Below, one piece after another: positions 25,023-38,100 of a DNA stretch of 64,000 bases. The DNA comes from Mobula hypostoma (taxonomy: Eukaryota): the NCBI RefSeq assembly GCF_963921235.1, contig NC_086101.1:2606001-2670000 (forward strand). Direction: 5' to 3'. Under the pieces are notes generated by a model. The model searched no databases and was not told the DNA's origin. It saw nothing but the letters and a program-made list of their open reading frames with translations. How positions within the stretch are numbered: position 1 is the stretch's first letter; the number at the start of each line of letters is the position of its first letter. Both the position numbers and the translations under genes were made by a program.

Positions 25023-26139
25023 CTGAGGAGAGAGAGCCATCAGGGTCAGTGCCAACCCTGCGTACGTACACACACACACACAGTCATAGTATCATCCAAA
25101 AGTACAGCAACGAACAACCTCTTCCGCCCATCTAGTCCGTGCCAAACCATTTAAAATGCTGACTCCCATCACTGTTCACCAGGACCATACCCTGCTATCC
25201 ATACTTTTCTTAATCGTTAAAATCAAGCTCATGACACTCTCATGACCCTCTAACTGAAGAAGTTTCCCTTCATGTTCCCCTTAAACTTCTCACCTTTCAC
25301 CCTTAACCCATGACCTCTAGTTATCGTCCCACCTTTAGTGGAGCTCTAGAAGAGCTCCAACCTCTTCACACGAACAGTCCTCCAGCATATACCCAAATCC
25401 CAACACCGTCCAGTCCAGGTAGAATCCCTTCCAGTTCTGAGACCTGTACCATCAAAGTACCTACCAAGATTTAACCTTAGAAAAGCAAATTGGACATCTT
25501 TTGCAGAATCGCTTGATCAACTTATCGATACCATACCACCAGAACCTGATCATTATGATGAATTTGTCTGACTAATCTGGAAAGTAGCGCAGCAGAACAT
25601 GCCCAGAGGCTGCAGAACCAAATATATTCAGGGATTGACAAGTGATATCAAGCAAAGTTATGATGAGTATGTCAACCTATATGACCAAGACCCACTTGGT
25701 CAAGACACAATTGAAATGAGAGAGTCAGTTCTGTCTCGACTGAGCCAACAGAGACAGTAGCGTTGGCAGGAACTGATAGAAAACACAGACATGACCAAGA
25801 ACAGTAAGAAGGCATGGGCAGCTGTTCGGAATCTCAACTCAGACAATAGACCACCACAGAGAATTGCTGCCATAACACCCAATCAGGTTGCCCACCAACT
25901 AATCCTAAATGGTTGACCAAATAACAAGGAACGGAGGCAAAAGGAAAAGCAACATCAGGAGATGGAGTCAGCTCTCTCAAACGGGAATAACAACTTCCCA
26001 CCTCTCACCCTAGAAGAATTAAAGGATGAAGTATCACAGCTAAAATCCAACAAAGCTGCTGGCATAGATGGGATTCTTAATGAATTCCTTAAACATCTTG
26101 GACCTAAAGCACTCCACTGGCTTCTGTCCCTTTTTAACT

Positions 26140-26595
26140 AAACACAAAATACTCTGCAGATGCTGCGGTCAAAGCAACACTCACAACACGCTGGAGGAAC
26201 TCAGCAGGTCGGGCAGCATCCGTGGAAACAATCAGTCAACGTTTCAGGCCTGAACCCTTCGTCAGGACTGAACAGGGAAGGAGCAGAGGCCCTATAAAGA
26301 AGGTGGCGGAAGTTGCGGAGGATAATGTGCTGGATCCGGAGGCTGGTGGGGTGGTAGGTGAAGACAAGGGGAACTCTGTCCCTTGTGGTGGCTGGAGGAG
26401 GGGGTGAGGGCTGAAGTGCGGGAAATGGAGGAGATGCGGGTGAGGGCATTATTGATGTTGGCAGAAGGGAAACCACGATTCTTAAAGAGATGTCCTGGAA
26501 TGGAAAGCCTCAAACTGGGAGCAGATGCAGCGGAGACAGAGGAACTGGGAATAGGGAATGGCATTTTTGCATGTGGCAGGGTGGGAAGAGGTATA
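26140..26595 (-). mobile_element. Internally deleted Penelope-like element inserted in the Vingi-like copy
   Basis: DYTSSHP..CKNAIPYSQFL, RGFP, RVPLVFTYHP; 14-bp duplication gtccctttttaact at 26126-26139 and 26596-26609. Confidence 0.88.
26232..26271 (-). ncRNA. Minimal hammerhead ribozyme motif, sense to the WDR46 pre-mRNA
   Basis: Minus strand tcagtc-CTGACGA-agggttcaggcct-GAAA-c-GTT-gactga; 6-bp stem I. Confidence 0.75.
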
Positions 26596-28004
26596 GTCCC
26601 TTTTTAACTGTTGCCTAAGATCATTAAAAATACGTAAAAAGTGGAGAAGAGCCAAAGTTGTTGCTCTCCTAAAACCCAATAAAGACCCCAACATTCCTAA
26701 AAACTACAGATAGATTTCCTTGCTCTGCACCCTCTATAAACTCTACGAGACTCATACTGAAAAGAATATCCCCCTTAGTCGAAGATCTTCTAACACCAGA
26801 CCAAGCCGGGTTCAGGCCAGATCGCTCTTGCTGCGGTCAAGTCCTGAACTTAACCCAGTATATTGAGGATGGCTTTGAAATGCGACAAATTACAGGGGCA
26901 GTATTCGTTGACTTAACAGCAGCATACGACACTGTGATTACAGAGGCCTTTGGCCTTCTACTGAAATTATCTATAATGTTAAAGAACTAAATCACAGTCA
27001 AAGTAATAAGAAGCCTCCAAGAAAATTGTAGATTTTATGTAGAAAAGAATGGAATTAAGAGTAGGTGGCGTCCACAGAACGGACTACCATAGGGATCAGT
27101 CCTGGCACCTCTGCTATTTAATGTCTACACAAACGACCAACCAACCTTTCCTAGCACACGCACGTTTATCTATGCAGACGACCTATGCACAGCAACACAA
27201 GGTAACTCCTTCCAAGAAGTTGAAGTACGACTGACAGCAGTCCTTGAAGCAATGAAGCAGTATTATGAAAAATGGTCTCTGGACCCAAATCCATCAAAAA
27301 CTCAAGTGTGTGCATTCCATCTGAGAAATCGAGAAGCAGCTTGAAAACTCAAGATCTTCTGGTGTGGGAAGGAGCTCGAACACCATCCAACTCCAGTTTA
27401 CCTGGGCATGTCACTGGATAGGACGCTCTCCTGTGCCACCCACATCCAAAAGCTCTGAGGGTAAGTTGGCTCTCGCAGTTCTCTCTTGCAGGCACGAAAT
27501 GGGGAGCTAATCCTCACACACTTAGATCAACTGCCCTAGCACTCTGCTCTACACCTGCAGAATACTGTGCACCTGTGCGGGGCAGATCAGCCCATGTGAA
27601 GAAAATAGACCCGTTGCCTAAAATCGAGGAAAAACTTTGCCTAAGTGGAGGAACGACCACACGGAACATCCCCCCAGACATACAGGATTGACCTCTGGCA
27701 ACAAACAGAGGCCAGAACCCCACCAAACAATACAGTGCAAGACCCCACCAGACGGGGCACGGCTTGACAGATGGCAGTGGGGCGCTCTCAACAGAGCGAG
27801 AGCGGGAGTTTGTAGGACAGGAGACAATATGGTGAAGTGGGGTTTAAAGACCAGCCAATCCTGTGAGTGTGGTGAAAGGGTGCAAAACATTGAACACGTT
27901 CTGCGCAACTGCCCACTCTCACCTGATTTAGCTGACACTGACCTGCTCAGCGTCAACCAAACAACACTAGAGTGGCTGGCTGTCTTGTGTGACAAGCTAC
28001 GATG

Positions 28005-29520
28005 ATCATCCCACCCAACCTCAGTAGAAAAAACCTGCTTGCATTTATCCTATCTATACCCATCATAATGTTGTACTCCAAATTAGGCCTCACCATTTTC
28101 TTATACAAGTTCAACATAGCATCCCATCTCCTGTACTCAGTACAATGATTTGTGAAGGTTAATCTGCCAAAAGCTTTCTTTATGACCCATCTACCTGTGC
28201 TGCCACTTTAATGAATTATGGACCTGTATTCCCAGATCCCTTTGTTCTACCACACTCCTCAGTGCCCTAGCATTCGCTGTGTAAGACCTGGTTGGTTCTA
28301 CCAAAGTGCAATACCTTGCACTGACTTGTCTGCATTAAATTCCATCTGCTGGTTTTCAGCCTATTTTCTCCAACTGCAAGCCATGACAGCTTTCTTCGCT
28401 GTCCAATACACGCCCCATCTTGGTGTCATCCACTGATCTGCTGATCTAGTTAACCACAGAACCATCCAGATCATTAATATTGATGACAAACACCACCACC
28501 AATCCCTGCAGCATTCTGCTAGACGCAGGCCCCCAGTCAGAGGCAACCATCTGCTACCACTCTCTGGTTTCTCCCAAAAAGTCAATGTCTACTCCAATTT
28601 ACCAGCTCATCCTGAATGCTAAGTGATTCAACCTCCTTCACCAGCCTCCCATCCGAGACCTTGTCAAACAGACAACACCCACTGCCTTGTCTTCATCCAC
28701 TTTCCTGGTAGTTTCCTCGAAAAACTGGTTTTTGATTGGTTAGACACGACCTATCATGCTCAAAGCCGTACTGACCATCCTTAGTAAGGTCATGTCTATC
28801 CAAATACTCATATCCGGTCTCTCAGAATACCTTCCAATAACTTTTCCAGTACTGATGTCAGGCCCACAGGCCTATAATTTCCTGGGTTATTCTTGGAGCC
28901 TTCCCTAACATTGGCTATCCTCCGATCCTCTGGTTCCTCACCTGACGCTATGGATGATTTAAATATCTCTGCTAGGGCCCGTACAATTTCTGCACTTCCC
29001 TCCCGTAGGGTCCAGAGGAATGCCTTGTCAGGCCCTGGGGAATTATCTACCCTAATTTGCCTCCGGACAGCAACACCACCTTCTCTGTAATCTGTCCATG
29101 AGGTTGATGCTGATTTCCTTCAGTTCCATTGACTTTTTGTGCATCTCCTCCGTAAATACAGATGCAAAAAATCCATTTAAGATCTTCCCCATCTCTTTTT
29201 GCTCCATGTATAGATTACTGTTCTGACCAATTTTGTCCCTTTCAATCCTTTTGCTCTTAACACGTCTGTAGATCCCCTAGGACTGAACTGCCAGCCCTGC
29301 TTCTCCTGCAACCACGGCTACAATATCACATTGCACGTGTTGGTCCATGTCCTGAGCTCATCTGCCTTTCCAAGGATAATTCTTGCATTAAAATATACAC
29401 AGCTCAGAACATTATTTGCATGATGCTCCAGCTTTCCACTGCTGAGTTTGTCTGAGGTCCTAACGTCAGTCTCCACGCCCACTCCACAATCTGTTCTGGT
29501 ACCCTGGTTCCCATCCCCGC
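28005..29520 (-). mobile_element. Decayed CR1; its 3' end continues at ~25090-25333, beyond the Vingi-like insertion
   Basis: Reverse-strand PGNYRPV, SPGPD and YFNARII remnants; text is continuous across the insertion. Confidence 0.8.
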
Positions 29521-30049
29521 GGACACATCTATACACACACACAGAAAGGGACACCTGCATCGCCTCTGCAGCCCTCTCTGGGGCAGTCCTGACAGTCTTT
29601 ACATCATCCACACACACACACTCCAGTCACACAACTGTTGCACATGTAACCTTCTCTACAACCACCCCCGCCCTCACTGGGACAGCTTCAGGAGCATGAA
29701 CACCCATCCAATCTACAGCAGGCAGGCCAGCCTGACAAAGCTGCCCAAGGACATGGGAGTGGGGAGGGTGGGCGTAGGGTCAGCAAGGCCGGAGAGGGGA
29801 TGGGGTCGGGGGGTGGGGGAGCAGAGAGAAGGGGTGGGGAGTGGTGAGCCTGAAGATGAGACAGAAGGGGTTTGGACTGCGTACAGTTCATCCACAAAAA
29901 AGGGAGCATGTGACACCACCAGGTCTGCTAATGTTTACAATGATTCAAAGGTGCCGAGGTGGGGACGTGATCCCTGGGCAAGAATGTTCAGAGGGATTTG
30001 GGCCAAACGTGGGATGGTTAAGTTGGACTGGAGGGCCCATTTCTTTGGT

Positions 30050-30560
30050 GTATTACTGAATGGCTTTATCGACGCCAGAACGACTGAGGAATTCAGGAAG
30101 AGAACGTCAAGGGAACACACATCAGTATTCCTCAGGGCGTCAGCAGTGAAAACGGTGAGCAGCTTCAGGTTACTGGGTGTCAATTTCTCTGAAGGCAGAG
30201 CAGTGGCTATATTTCATTAGGAGTTTGAGGATACCTGGTATGTCACCAAAGACTGGCACATTTCTACAGCTGTACCATGGAGCGCATTCTGACTGGCTGC
30301 ATCTCCGCCTGGTATGACGGGCCTCTGCACAGGAGCAGAAAAAGCCGCAGCAACTTTTAAACTCAGCTAGCTTCATCATGGGCACTACACTTCCCAGCAT
30401 CGAGGACACCAAAAGGCGATGCCTCAAGGATCTGGCATCCATCACGACGGACCTTAAACATCCAGGACACGACCTCTTCTCACTACTAGCATCCAGGAAG
30501 AGGTACAAGAGCCTAGACACACACTCAACAGCTCCTTCCCGTTGTCAGATGTTTGGATGG
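30050..30560 (+). mobile_element. Rex1/Babar LINE fragment
   Basis: VSSFRLLGV, HPGHDLFSLL.SRKRY. Confidence 0.75.
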
Positions 30561-30744
30561 CCCACGAACCCAACACAACCCCATTTTACTTTTTTTCCAA
30601 CACTCTAGTAATTTATCGTGCTTTGCACCACTGCAAAACAACAATGTCAGAGCTGAACAAACCCGTAGGAAATGGAAAGGGGTTTTGCAGAGGAACATGA
30701 AGCCAGTTGTTGTAGCCCTGCTCAGAAGTGAATACCCAAGACTG

Positions 30745-31025
30745 TCCCACACCGACACCCTGTTCCGACATGTCGGTCCACAGGCTCCCCTTCTGCCCTA
30801 GTGGGGAATAACTCAGGGTGGAAAAGCAATATCTGTCTGGGTAGCCTCCAACCTGATGGCATGAACATTGATTTCTCCAATTTCCAGTAATCGTTTCCCC
30901 TCTCCCTTCCCTCTTCAATTCCCCACTCGGGCTATTTCTTTCTTTCAGCTGGAAAAGTCAGTGGTTTATTCATTCCTACAGATGCTCCCTGAGCTGCTGC
31001 ATTCCTCCAGCATTATGTGTGCATT
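30745..31025 (+). mobile_element. Penelope-like fragment
   Basis: gtctgggtagcctccaacctgatggcatgaacattga is shared with 309-345. Confidence 0.75.
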
Positions 31026-31080
31026 ACCCTGTGAACCAGACTCTCCCTCGCCAGGGAATGCCCATCCTCGACCCACATTC

Positions 31081-32170
31081 ATCACATAGCCATCAGCCCA
31101 CACTGACACCCTATAAACCAGCCCCTGCCCATCACACAGAGATCACCCCACACTGACACCCTATAAACCAGCCCCTGCCCATCACACAGAGATCACCCCA
31201 CACTGACACCCTATAAACCAGCCCCTGCCCATCACACAGAGATCACCCCACACTGACACCCTATAAACCAGCCCCTGCCCATCACTCAATCACCCCACAC
31301 TGACACCCTATAAACCAGCCCCTGCCCATCACACAGAGATCACCCCACACCGACACCCTATAAACCAGCCCCTGCCCATCACACAGAGATCACCCCACAC
31401 TGACACCCTATAAACCAGCCCCTGCCCATCACACAGAGATCACCCCACACTGACACCCTATAAACCAGCCCCTGCCCATCACTCAATCACCCCACACTGA
31501 CACCCTATAAACCAGCCCCTGCCCATCACACAGAGATCACCCCACACCGACACCCTATAAACCAGCCCCTGCCCATCACACAGAGATCACCCCACACTGA
31601 CACCCTATAAACCAGCCCCTGCCCATCACACAGAGATCACCCCACACTGACACCCCATAAACCAGCCCCTGCCCATCACTCAATCACCCCACACCGACAC
31701 CCTATAAACCAGCCCCTGCCCATCACACAGAGATCACCCCACACTGACACCCTATAAACCAGCCCCGCCTATCACACAGAGATCACCCCACACTGACACC
31801 GTATAAACCAGCCCCTGCCCATCACACAGCCATCAGCCCACACTGACACCCTATAAACCAGCCCCTGCCCATCACACAGAGATCACCCCACACTGACACC
31901 CTATAAACCAGCCCCTGCCCATCACACAGAGATCACCCCACACTGACACCCTATAAACCAGCCCCTGCCCATCACACAGAGATCACCCCACACTGACACC
32001 CCATAAACCAGCCCCTGCCCATCACACAGAGATCACCCCACACTGACACCCTATAAACCAGCCCCTGCCCATCACACAGAGATCACCCCACACTGACACC
32101 CTATAAACCAGCCCCTGCCCATCACACAGAGATCACCCCACACTGACATCCTATAAACCAGCCCCTGCCC
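31081..32170. repeat. 50-bp minisatellite, ~22 copies, with occasional 47-bp variants
   Basis: Unit atcacacagagatcaccccacactgacaccctataaaccagcccctgccc. Confidence 0.97.
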
Positions 32171-32262
32171 AGTCAGGTTTGGGAATCTGTGGGTTCTGCA
32201 CACTGCCCCTAATCTGTTCCCAATACCTCCGCTGCTCTGAATCACACAGACATGCCCCATAC

Positions 32263-32324
32263 CTGCCGTTCCGTGTGTAGTTTATTCTGTATGGTCCAAA
32301 CTGTGTGAGGTCGAGATTGAAGTG
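32263..32324 (-). CDS. WDR46: WDR46 visible exon 5, HFNLDLTQFGPYRINYTRNG(R)
   Basis: ccacag|cac ... ag|gtatgg, 62 nt. QFGPYR.NY.R.GR motif. Confidence 0.97.
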
Positions 32325-32702
32325 CTGTGGACAAGTGTTCAATATTGTTAAAGTCTGAAGGATGAAAACACTTAAGACCCAGTTAGACAGATGGCAACAG
32401 AGGCACAATCAGACAAAGGTAATGTTCAGGCAGACAGTCAAACAATGCTGATACCCATGGATTGCTGGCTGCACCATGACGTAACATGCAGACAGCATAA
32501 CAGATAATCGCGCACATGTGCGCACACATACACACACACACACGCGCGCACACGCACACACACACACACACACACACCAGTGTAACAAAAGGCAGGGACA
32601 GGGGAAGTGCAGTAATGCCCAATCTGACTATCAGCTTCATTACCCACCTGCCAACCACTCCACATGATCCACCACCACCGACACAGAGCCATCAACAAAA
32701 TG

Positions 32703-34287
32703 TTTGGGAATGTCGAGCTGTGGATGTTGTCTCTGGGGGTTTGGGAATGTCGAGTGTGGATGTTGTCTCTGGGAGTTTAGGAAGGTCGAGCTGTGGATGT
32801 TGTCTCCGAGTTTGGGAATGTCAAGCTGTGGATGTTGTCTCCGGGGGTTTGGGAAGGTCAAGCTGTGGATGTTGTCTCTGGGTGTTTGGGTAAGGTCGAG
32901 CTGTGGATATTGTCTCCAGGGTTTGGGAATGTCGAGCAGTGATTGTTGTCTCTGGGGGTTTGGGAATGTCGAGCTGTGGATGTTGTCTCCGGAGTTTGGG
33001 AACGTCGAGCTGTGGACGTTGTCTCCGGGGTTTAGGAATGTCGAGTGTGGATGTTGTCTCTGGGGTTTGGGAAGGTCGAGCTGTGGATGTTGTCTCTGGG
33101 GAGTTTCGGAATGTCGAGCTGTGGATGTTGTCTCCGGAGTTTGGGAATGTCGAGCTGTGGATGTTGTCTCTGGGAGTTTGGGAATGTCGAGCTGTGGATG
33201 TTGTCTCCGGGGTTTGGGAAGGTCGAGCTGTGGATGTTGTCTCTTGGAGTTTGGGAATGTCGAGCTGTGGACGTTGTCTCTGGGTGTTTGGGAATGTCGA
33301 GCTGTAGATGTTGTCTCCCAGGTTTGGGAAGGTCGAGCTGTGGATGTTGTCTCTGGGGGTTTGGGAATGTCGAGCTGTGGATGTTGTCTCCGGGGTTTGG
33401 GAATATCAAGCTGTGGATGTTCTCTCTGGGGGTTTGGGAATGTCGAGCTGTGGATGTTGTCTCCGGGAGTTTGGGAATGTCGAGCTGTGGACGTTGTCTC
33501 CGGGGTTTGGGAAGGTCGAGCTGTGGATGTTGTCTCCGAAGTTTGGGAATGTCGAGCTGTGGATGTTGTCTCCGGAGTTTGGGAACGTCGAGCTGTGGAC
33601 GTTGTCTCCGCGGTTTGGGAATGTCGAGTGTGGACGTTGTCTCTGGGGTTTGGGAAGGTCGAGCTGTGGATGTTGTCTCTGGGGAGTTTGGGAATGTCGA
33701 GCTGTGGACATTGTCTCCAGGGTTTGGGAATGTCGAGTGTGAATGTTGTCTCTGGGAGTTTGGGAATGTCGAGTGTGGATGCTGTCTCTGGGAGTTTGGG
33801 AATGTCGAGCTGTGGATGTTGTCTCTGGGGGTTTGGGAATGTCGAGCTGTGGATGTTGTCTCTGGGGGTTTGGGAAGGTCGAGCTGTGGATGTTGTCTCT
33901 GGGGGTTTGGGAAGGTCGAGCTGTGGATGTTGTCTCTGGGGTTTGGGAAGGTCGAGCTGTGGATGTTGTCTCTGGGGGTTTGGGAAAGTCGAGCTGTGGA
34001 TGTTGTCTCTGGGGTTTGGGAAGTTCGAGCTGTGGATGTTGTCTCTGGGGAGTTTGGGAATGTCCAGTGTGGATGTTGTCTCCGGGGTTTGGGAAGGTCG
34101 AGCTGTGGATGTTGTCTCCGGAGTTTGGGAACGTCGAGCTGTGGACGTTGTCTCCGCGGTTTGGGAATGTCGAGTGTGGACGTTGTCTCTGGGGTTTGGG
34201 AAGGTCGAGCTGTGGACGTTGTCTCCGGGAGTTTGGGAAGGTCGAGCTGTGGACGTTGTCTCTGGGAGTTTGGGAAGGTCGAGCTGT
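32703..34287. repeat. ~35-bp minisatellite, ~45 copies
   Basis: Unit gtttgggaa(t/g)gtcgagctgtggatgttgtctc(t/c)ggg. Confidence 0.97.
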
Positions 34288-34666
34288 ATATGGCTCTGTG
34301 GATTTGAGAGGTGTTGTGTGCGACTTTGCTGCAAGCATGTTTTTCATTGCATTAGTGGGTGCATGCAAGCATACACACACAAACACTGTAGTGATGTGGA
34401 CAATATGAAACTTGTCAGATAGGATGGGCAGTTAAACGCAGACTGAGCTGTCAAGCCCACCTCTCTTGCATCTCATATGAAACGAGGCTTTACAAAACAC
34501 ACTGCTGAACTACCAGTGCTGTCTGCCTCTCAAAGAACAGCGGAGGCAAGACAACACGGGATGTATCCATCATTCCAGAAAGCTGAGGGAGCAGATCGTT
34601 TATGGTTCATGGGCATTCAGTTGAGGCATTGGAACCCAAAGTCCGAGCGACTGCTTGAGACCTGAC

Positions 34667-34754
34667 CTTTGAGCTGCCAGCGATATCAACAGCCCCCGCG
34701 ATGTCCTCTTGTCGGATCAAGCATGTGTCCTCACCCTCATCGGCTTCCAGAAAA
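34667..34754 (-). CDS. WDR46: WDR46 visible exon 4, FLEADEGEDTCLIRQEDIAGAVDIAGSSK
   Basis: ccccag|t ttt ctg ... aag|gtcagg, 88 nt. Matches GFLE..GEDT..I.Q.DI..AVDI; not shown as such in the ORF track. Confidence 0.95.
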
Positions 34755-34765
34755 CTGGGGACAAC

Positions 34766-34797
<32 letters not shown>

Positions 34798-35100
34798 TGA
34801 GGAAGTGAGTATGGGGACAGTGTATTGTACGGGGTTACTCCGAACGTTTTCGCCACCTGCCAGCTGCATTCGGAACAGCAGAGGCCGCAAACTCGGGGTT
34901 ACCAAGTGCTATTTTCAAAGATACTGTGCGACTGAGGGCAGTACAACACACACCACAGAGGGTAAATGGACAGAGGAGGTGGCTTGCTTGCAGTTACTGG
35001 AACATATCTGGACTCTCACACCTCAATTCTGAGATTTAAGAAATCAAGTCACCTTCCCACATTGTTGCAGTCCCTCATCTCCACCTCTCCCACAGCTCAG

Positions 35101-38100
35101 CACCACCTCCTCACCACCTCTCACTGTCCGACAGAGACCACCCCCTCCTCATCACCTCTCACTGTCCGACAGAGACCACCACCTCCTCACCACCTCTCCA
35201 TCTGACAGAGACCACCCCCTCCTAACCACCTCTCACTGTCCGACAGAGACCACCCCCTCCTCACCACCTCTCCATCTGACAGAGACCAACTCCTCCTCAT
35301 CACCTCTCCATCCGACAGAGACCACCCCCTCCTCACCACCTCTCACTGTCCTACAGAGACCACCCCCTCCTCACTACCTGTCACTATCCGATAGCGACCA
35401 CCTCCTCCTCACCACCCCTCACTGTCGGACAGAGACCACCCCCTCCTCACCACCCCTCACTGTCCGACAGAGACCACCCCCTCCTCACTACCTGTCACTA
35501 TCCGATAGCGACCACCTCCTCCTCACCACCCCTCACTGTCGGACAGAGACCACCCCCTCCTCACCACCCCTCACTGTCCGACAGAGACCACCCCCTCCTC
35601 ACCACCTCTCACTGTCCGACAGAGACCACCCCCTCCTCACCACCTCTCACTGTCCGACAGAGACCACCCCCTCCTCACCACTGTCCGACAGAGACCACCA
35701 CCTCTCCATCCGACACAGACCACCCCCTCCTCACCACCTCTCACTGTCCGACAGAGACCACCCCCTCCTCACCACCTCTCCATCCAACAGAGACCACCCC
35801 CTCCTTACCACCTCTCACTGTCCGACAGAGACCAACCCCTCCTCACCACCTCTCACTGTCCAACAGAGACCAACCCCTCCTCACCACCTCTCCATCTGAC
35901 AGAGACCACCCCCTCCTCACCACCTCTCCATCTGACAGAGACCACCCCCTCCTCATCACCTCTCACTGTCCGACAGAGACCACCCCCTCCTCACCACCTC
36001 TCCATCTGACAGAGACCACCCCCTCCTCACCACCTCTCCATCCGACAGAGACCATCCCCTCCTCACCACCTCTCACTGTCCAACAGAGACCACCCCCTCC
36101 TCACCACCTCTCCATCTGACAGAGACCACCCCCTCCTCACCACCTCTCCATCTGACAGAGACCACCCCCTCCTCACCACCTCTCCATCCGACAGTGACCA
36201 CCACCTCCTCACCACCTCTCACTGTCCGACAGAGACCACCCCCTCCTCACCACTTCTCACTGTCCGACTGAGACCACCCCCTCCTCACCACCTCTCCATC
36301 TGACAGAGACCACCCCCTCCTCATCACCTCTCCATCTGACAGAGACCACCCCCTCCTCACCACCTCTCACTGTCCGACAGAGACCATCCCCTCCTCATCA
36401 CCTCTCCATCTGACAGAGACCACCCCCTCCTAACCACCTCTCACTGTCCGACAGAGACCACCCCCTCCTCACCACCTCTCCAACCGACAGAGACCACCCC
36501 CTCCTCACCACCTCTCACTGTCCGACAGAGACCACCCCCTCCTCACCACCTCTCCATCTGACAGAGACCACCCCCTCCTCATCACCTCTCCATCCGACAG
36601 AGACCACCCCCTCCTCACCACCTCTCACTGTCCTACAGAGACCACCCCCTCCTCACTACCTGTCACTATCCGATAGCGACCACCTCCTCCTCACCACCCC
36701 TCACTGTCGGACAGAGACCACCCCCTCCTCACCACCCCTCACTGTCCGACAGAGACCACCCCCTCCTCACCACCTCTCACTGTCCGACAGAGACCACCCC
36801 CTCCTCACCACGTCTCACTGTCCGACAGAGACCACCCCCTCCTCACCACTGTCCGACAGAGACCACCAACTCTCCATCCGACACAGACCACCCCCTCCTC
36901 ACCACCTCTCACTGTCCGACAGAGACCACCCCCTCCTCACCACCTCTCCATCCAACAGAGACCACCCCCTCCTTACCACCTCTCACTGTCCGACAGAGAC
37001 CACCCCCTCCTCACCACCTCTCACTGTCCAACAGAGACCACCCCCTCCTCACCACCTCTCACTGTCCGACAGAGACCACCCCCTCCTCACCACCTCTCCA
37101 TCCGACAGAGACCACCACCTCCTCACCACCTCTCACTGTCCGACAGAGACCACCCCCTCCTCACCACTTCTCACTGTCCGACAGAGACCACCCCTCCTCA
37201 CCACCTCTCCATCTGACAGAGACCACCCCCTCCTCATCACGTCTCCATCTGACAGAGACCACCCCCTCCTCACCACCTCTCACTGTCCGACAGAGACCAT
37301 CCCCTCCTCATCACCTCTCCATCTGACAGAGACCACCCCCTCCTAACCACCTCTCACTGTCCGACAGAGACCACCCCCTCCTCACCACCTCTCCAACCGA
37401 CAGAGACCACCCCCTCCTCACCACCTCTCCATCCAACAGAGACCACCCCCTCCTTACCACCTCTCACTGTCCGACAGAGACCACCCCCTTCTCACCACCT
37501 CTCACTGTCCGACAGAGACCACCCCCTCCTCATCACCTCTCCATCTGACAGAGACCACCCCCTCCTCACCACCTCTCACTGTCCGACAGAGACCACCCCC
37601 GCCTCACCACCTCTCACTGTCCGACAGAGACCACCCCCTCCTCACCACCTCTCCAACCGACAGAGACCACCCCCTCCTCACCACCTCTCCATCCAACAGA
37701 GACCACCCCCTCCTTACCACCTCTCACTGTCCGACAGAGACCACCCCCTCCTCACCACCTCTCACTTTCCAACAGAGACCACCCCCTCCTCACCACCTCT
37801 CACTGTCCGACAGAGACCACCCCCTCCTCATCACCTCTCCATCTGACAGAGACCACCCCCTCCTCACCACCTCTCCATCCGACAGAGACCACCCCCTCCT
37901 CACCACCTCTCACTGTCCGACAGAGACCACCCCCTCCTCATCACCTCTCCATCTGACAGAGACCACCCCCTCCTCACCACCTCTCACTGTCCGACAGAGA
38001 CCACCCCCTCCTCACCACCTCTCACTGTCCGACAGAGACCACCCCCTCCTCACCACCTCTCCATCTGACAGAGACCACCCCCTCCTCACCACCTCTCCCC

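Larger units (their letters stand above)
25334..28004 (+). mobile_element. Vingi/Ingi-like non-LTR retrotransposon, decayed and 5'-truncated
   Basis: SQHRPV, FNLRKANW, PRGCR, GFRPDRSCC, FVDLTAAYDTV, GSVLAPLLFNVYTND, IYADDL, C-terminal LNRARAG...KWG...CECGE...H...CP. Flanked by atcgtcccacc / atcatcccacc. Confidence 0.8.

Noticed and set aside
32640..34422. 564-aa and 572-aa ORFs, and others, on both strands
   Set aside because: They are translations of a stop-poor 35-bp minisatellite, open in several frames with frame-shifting unit lengths; no coding signature.
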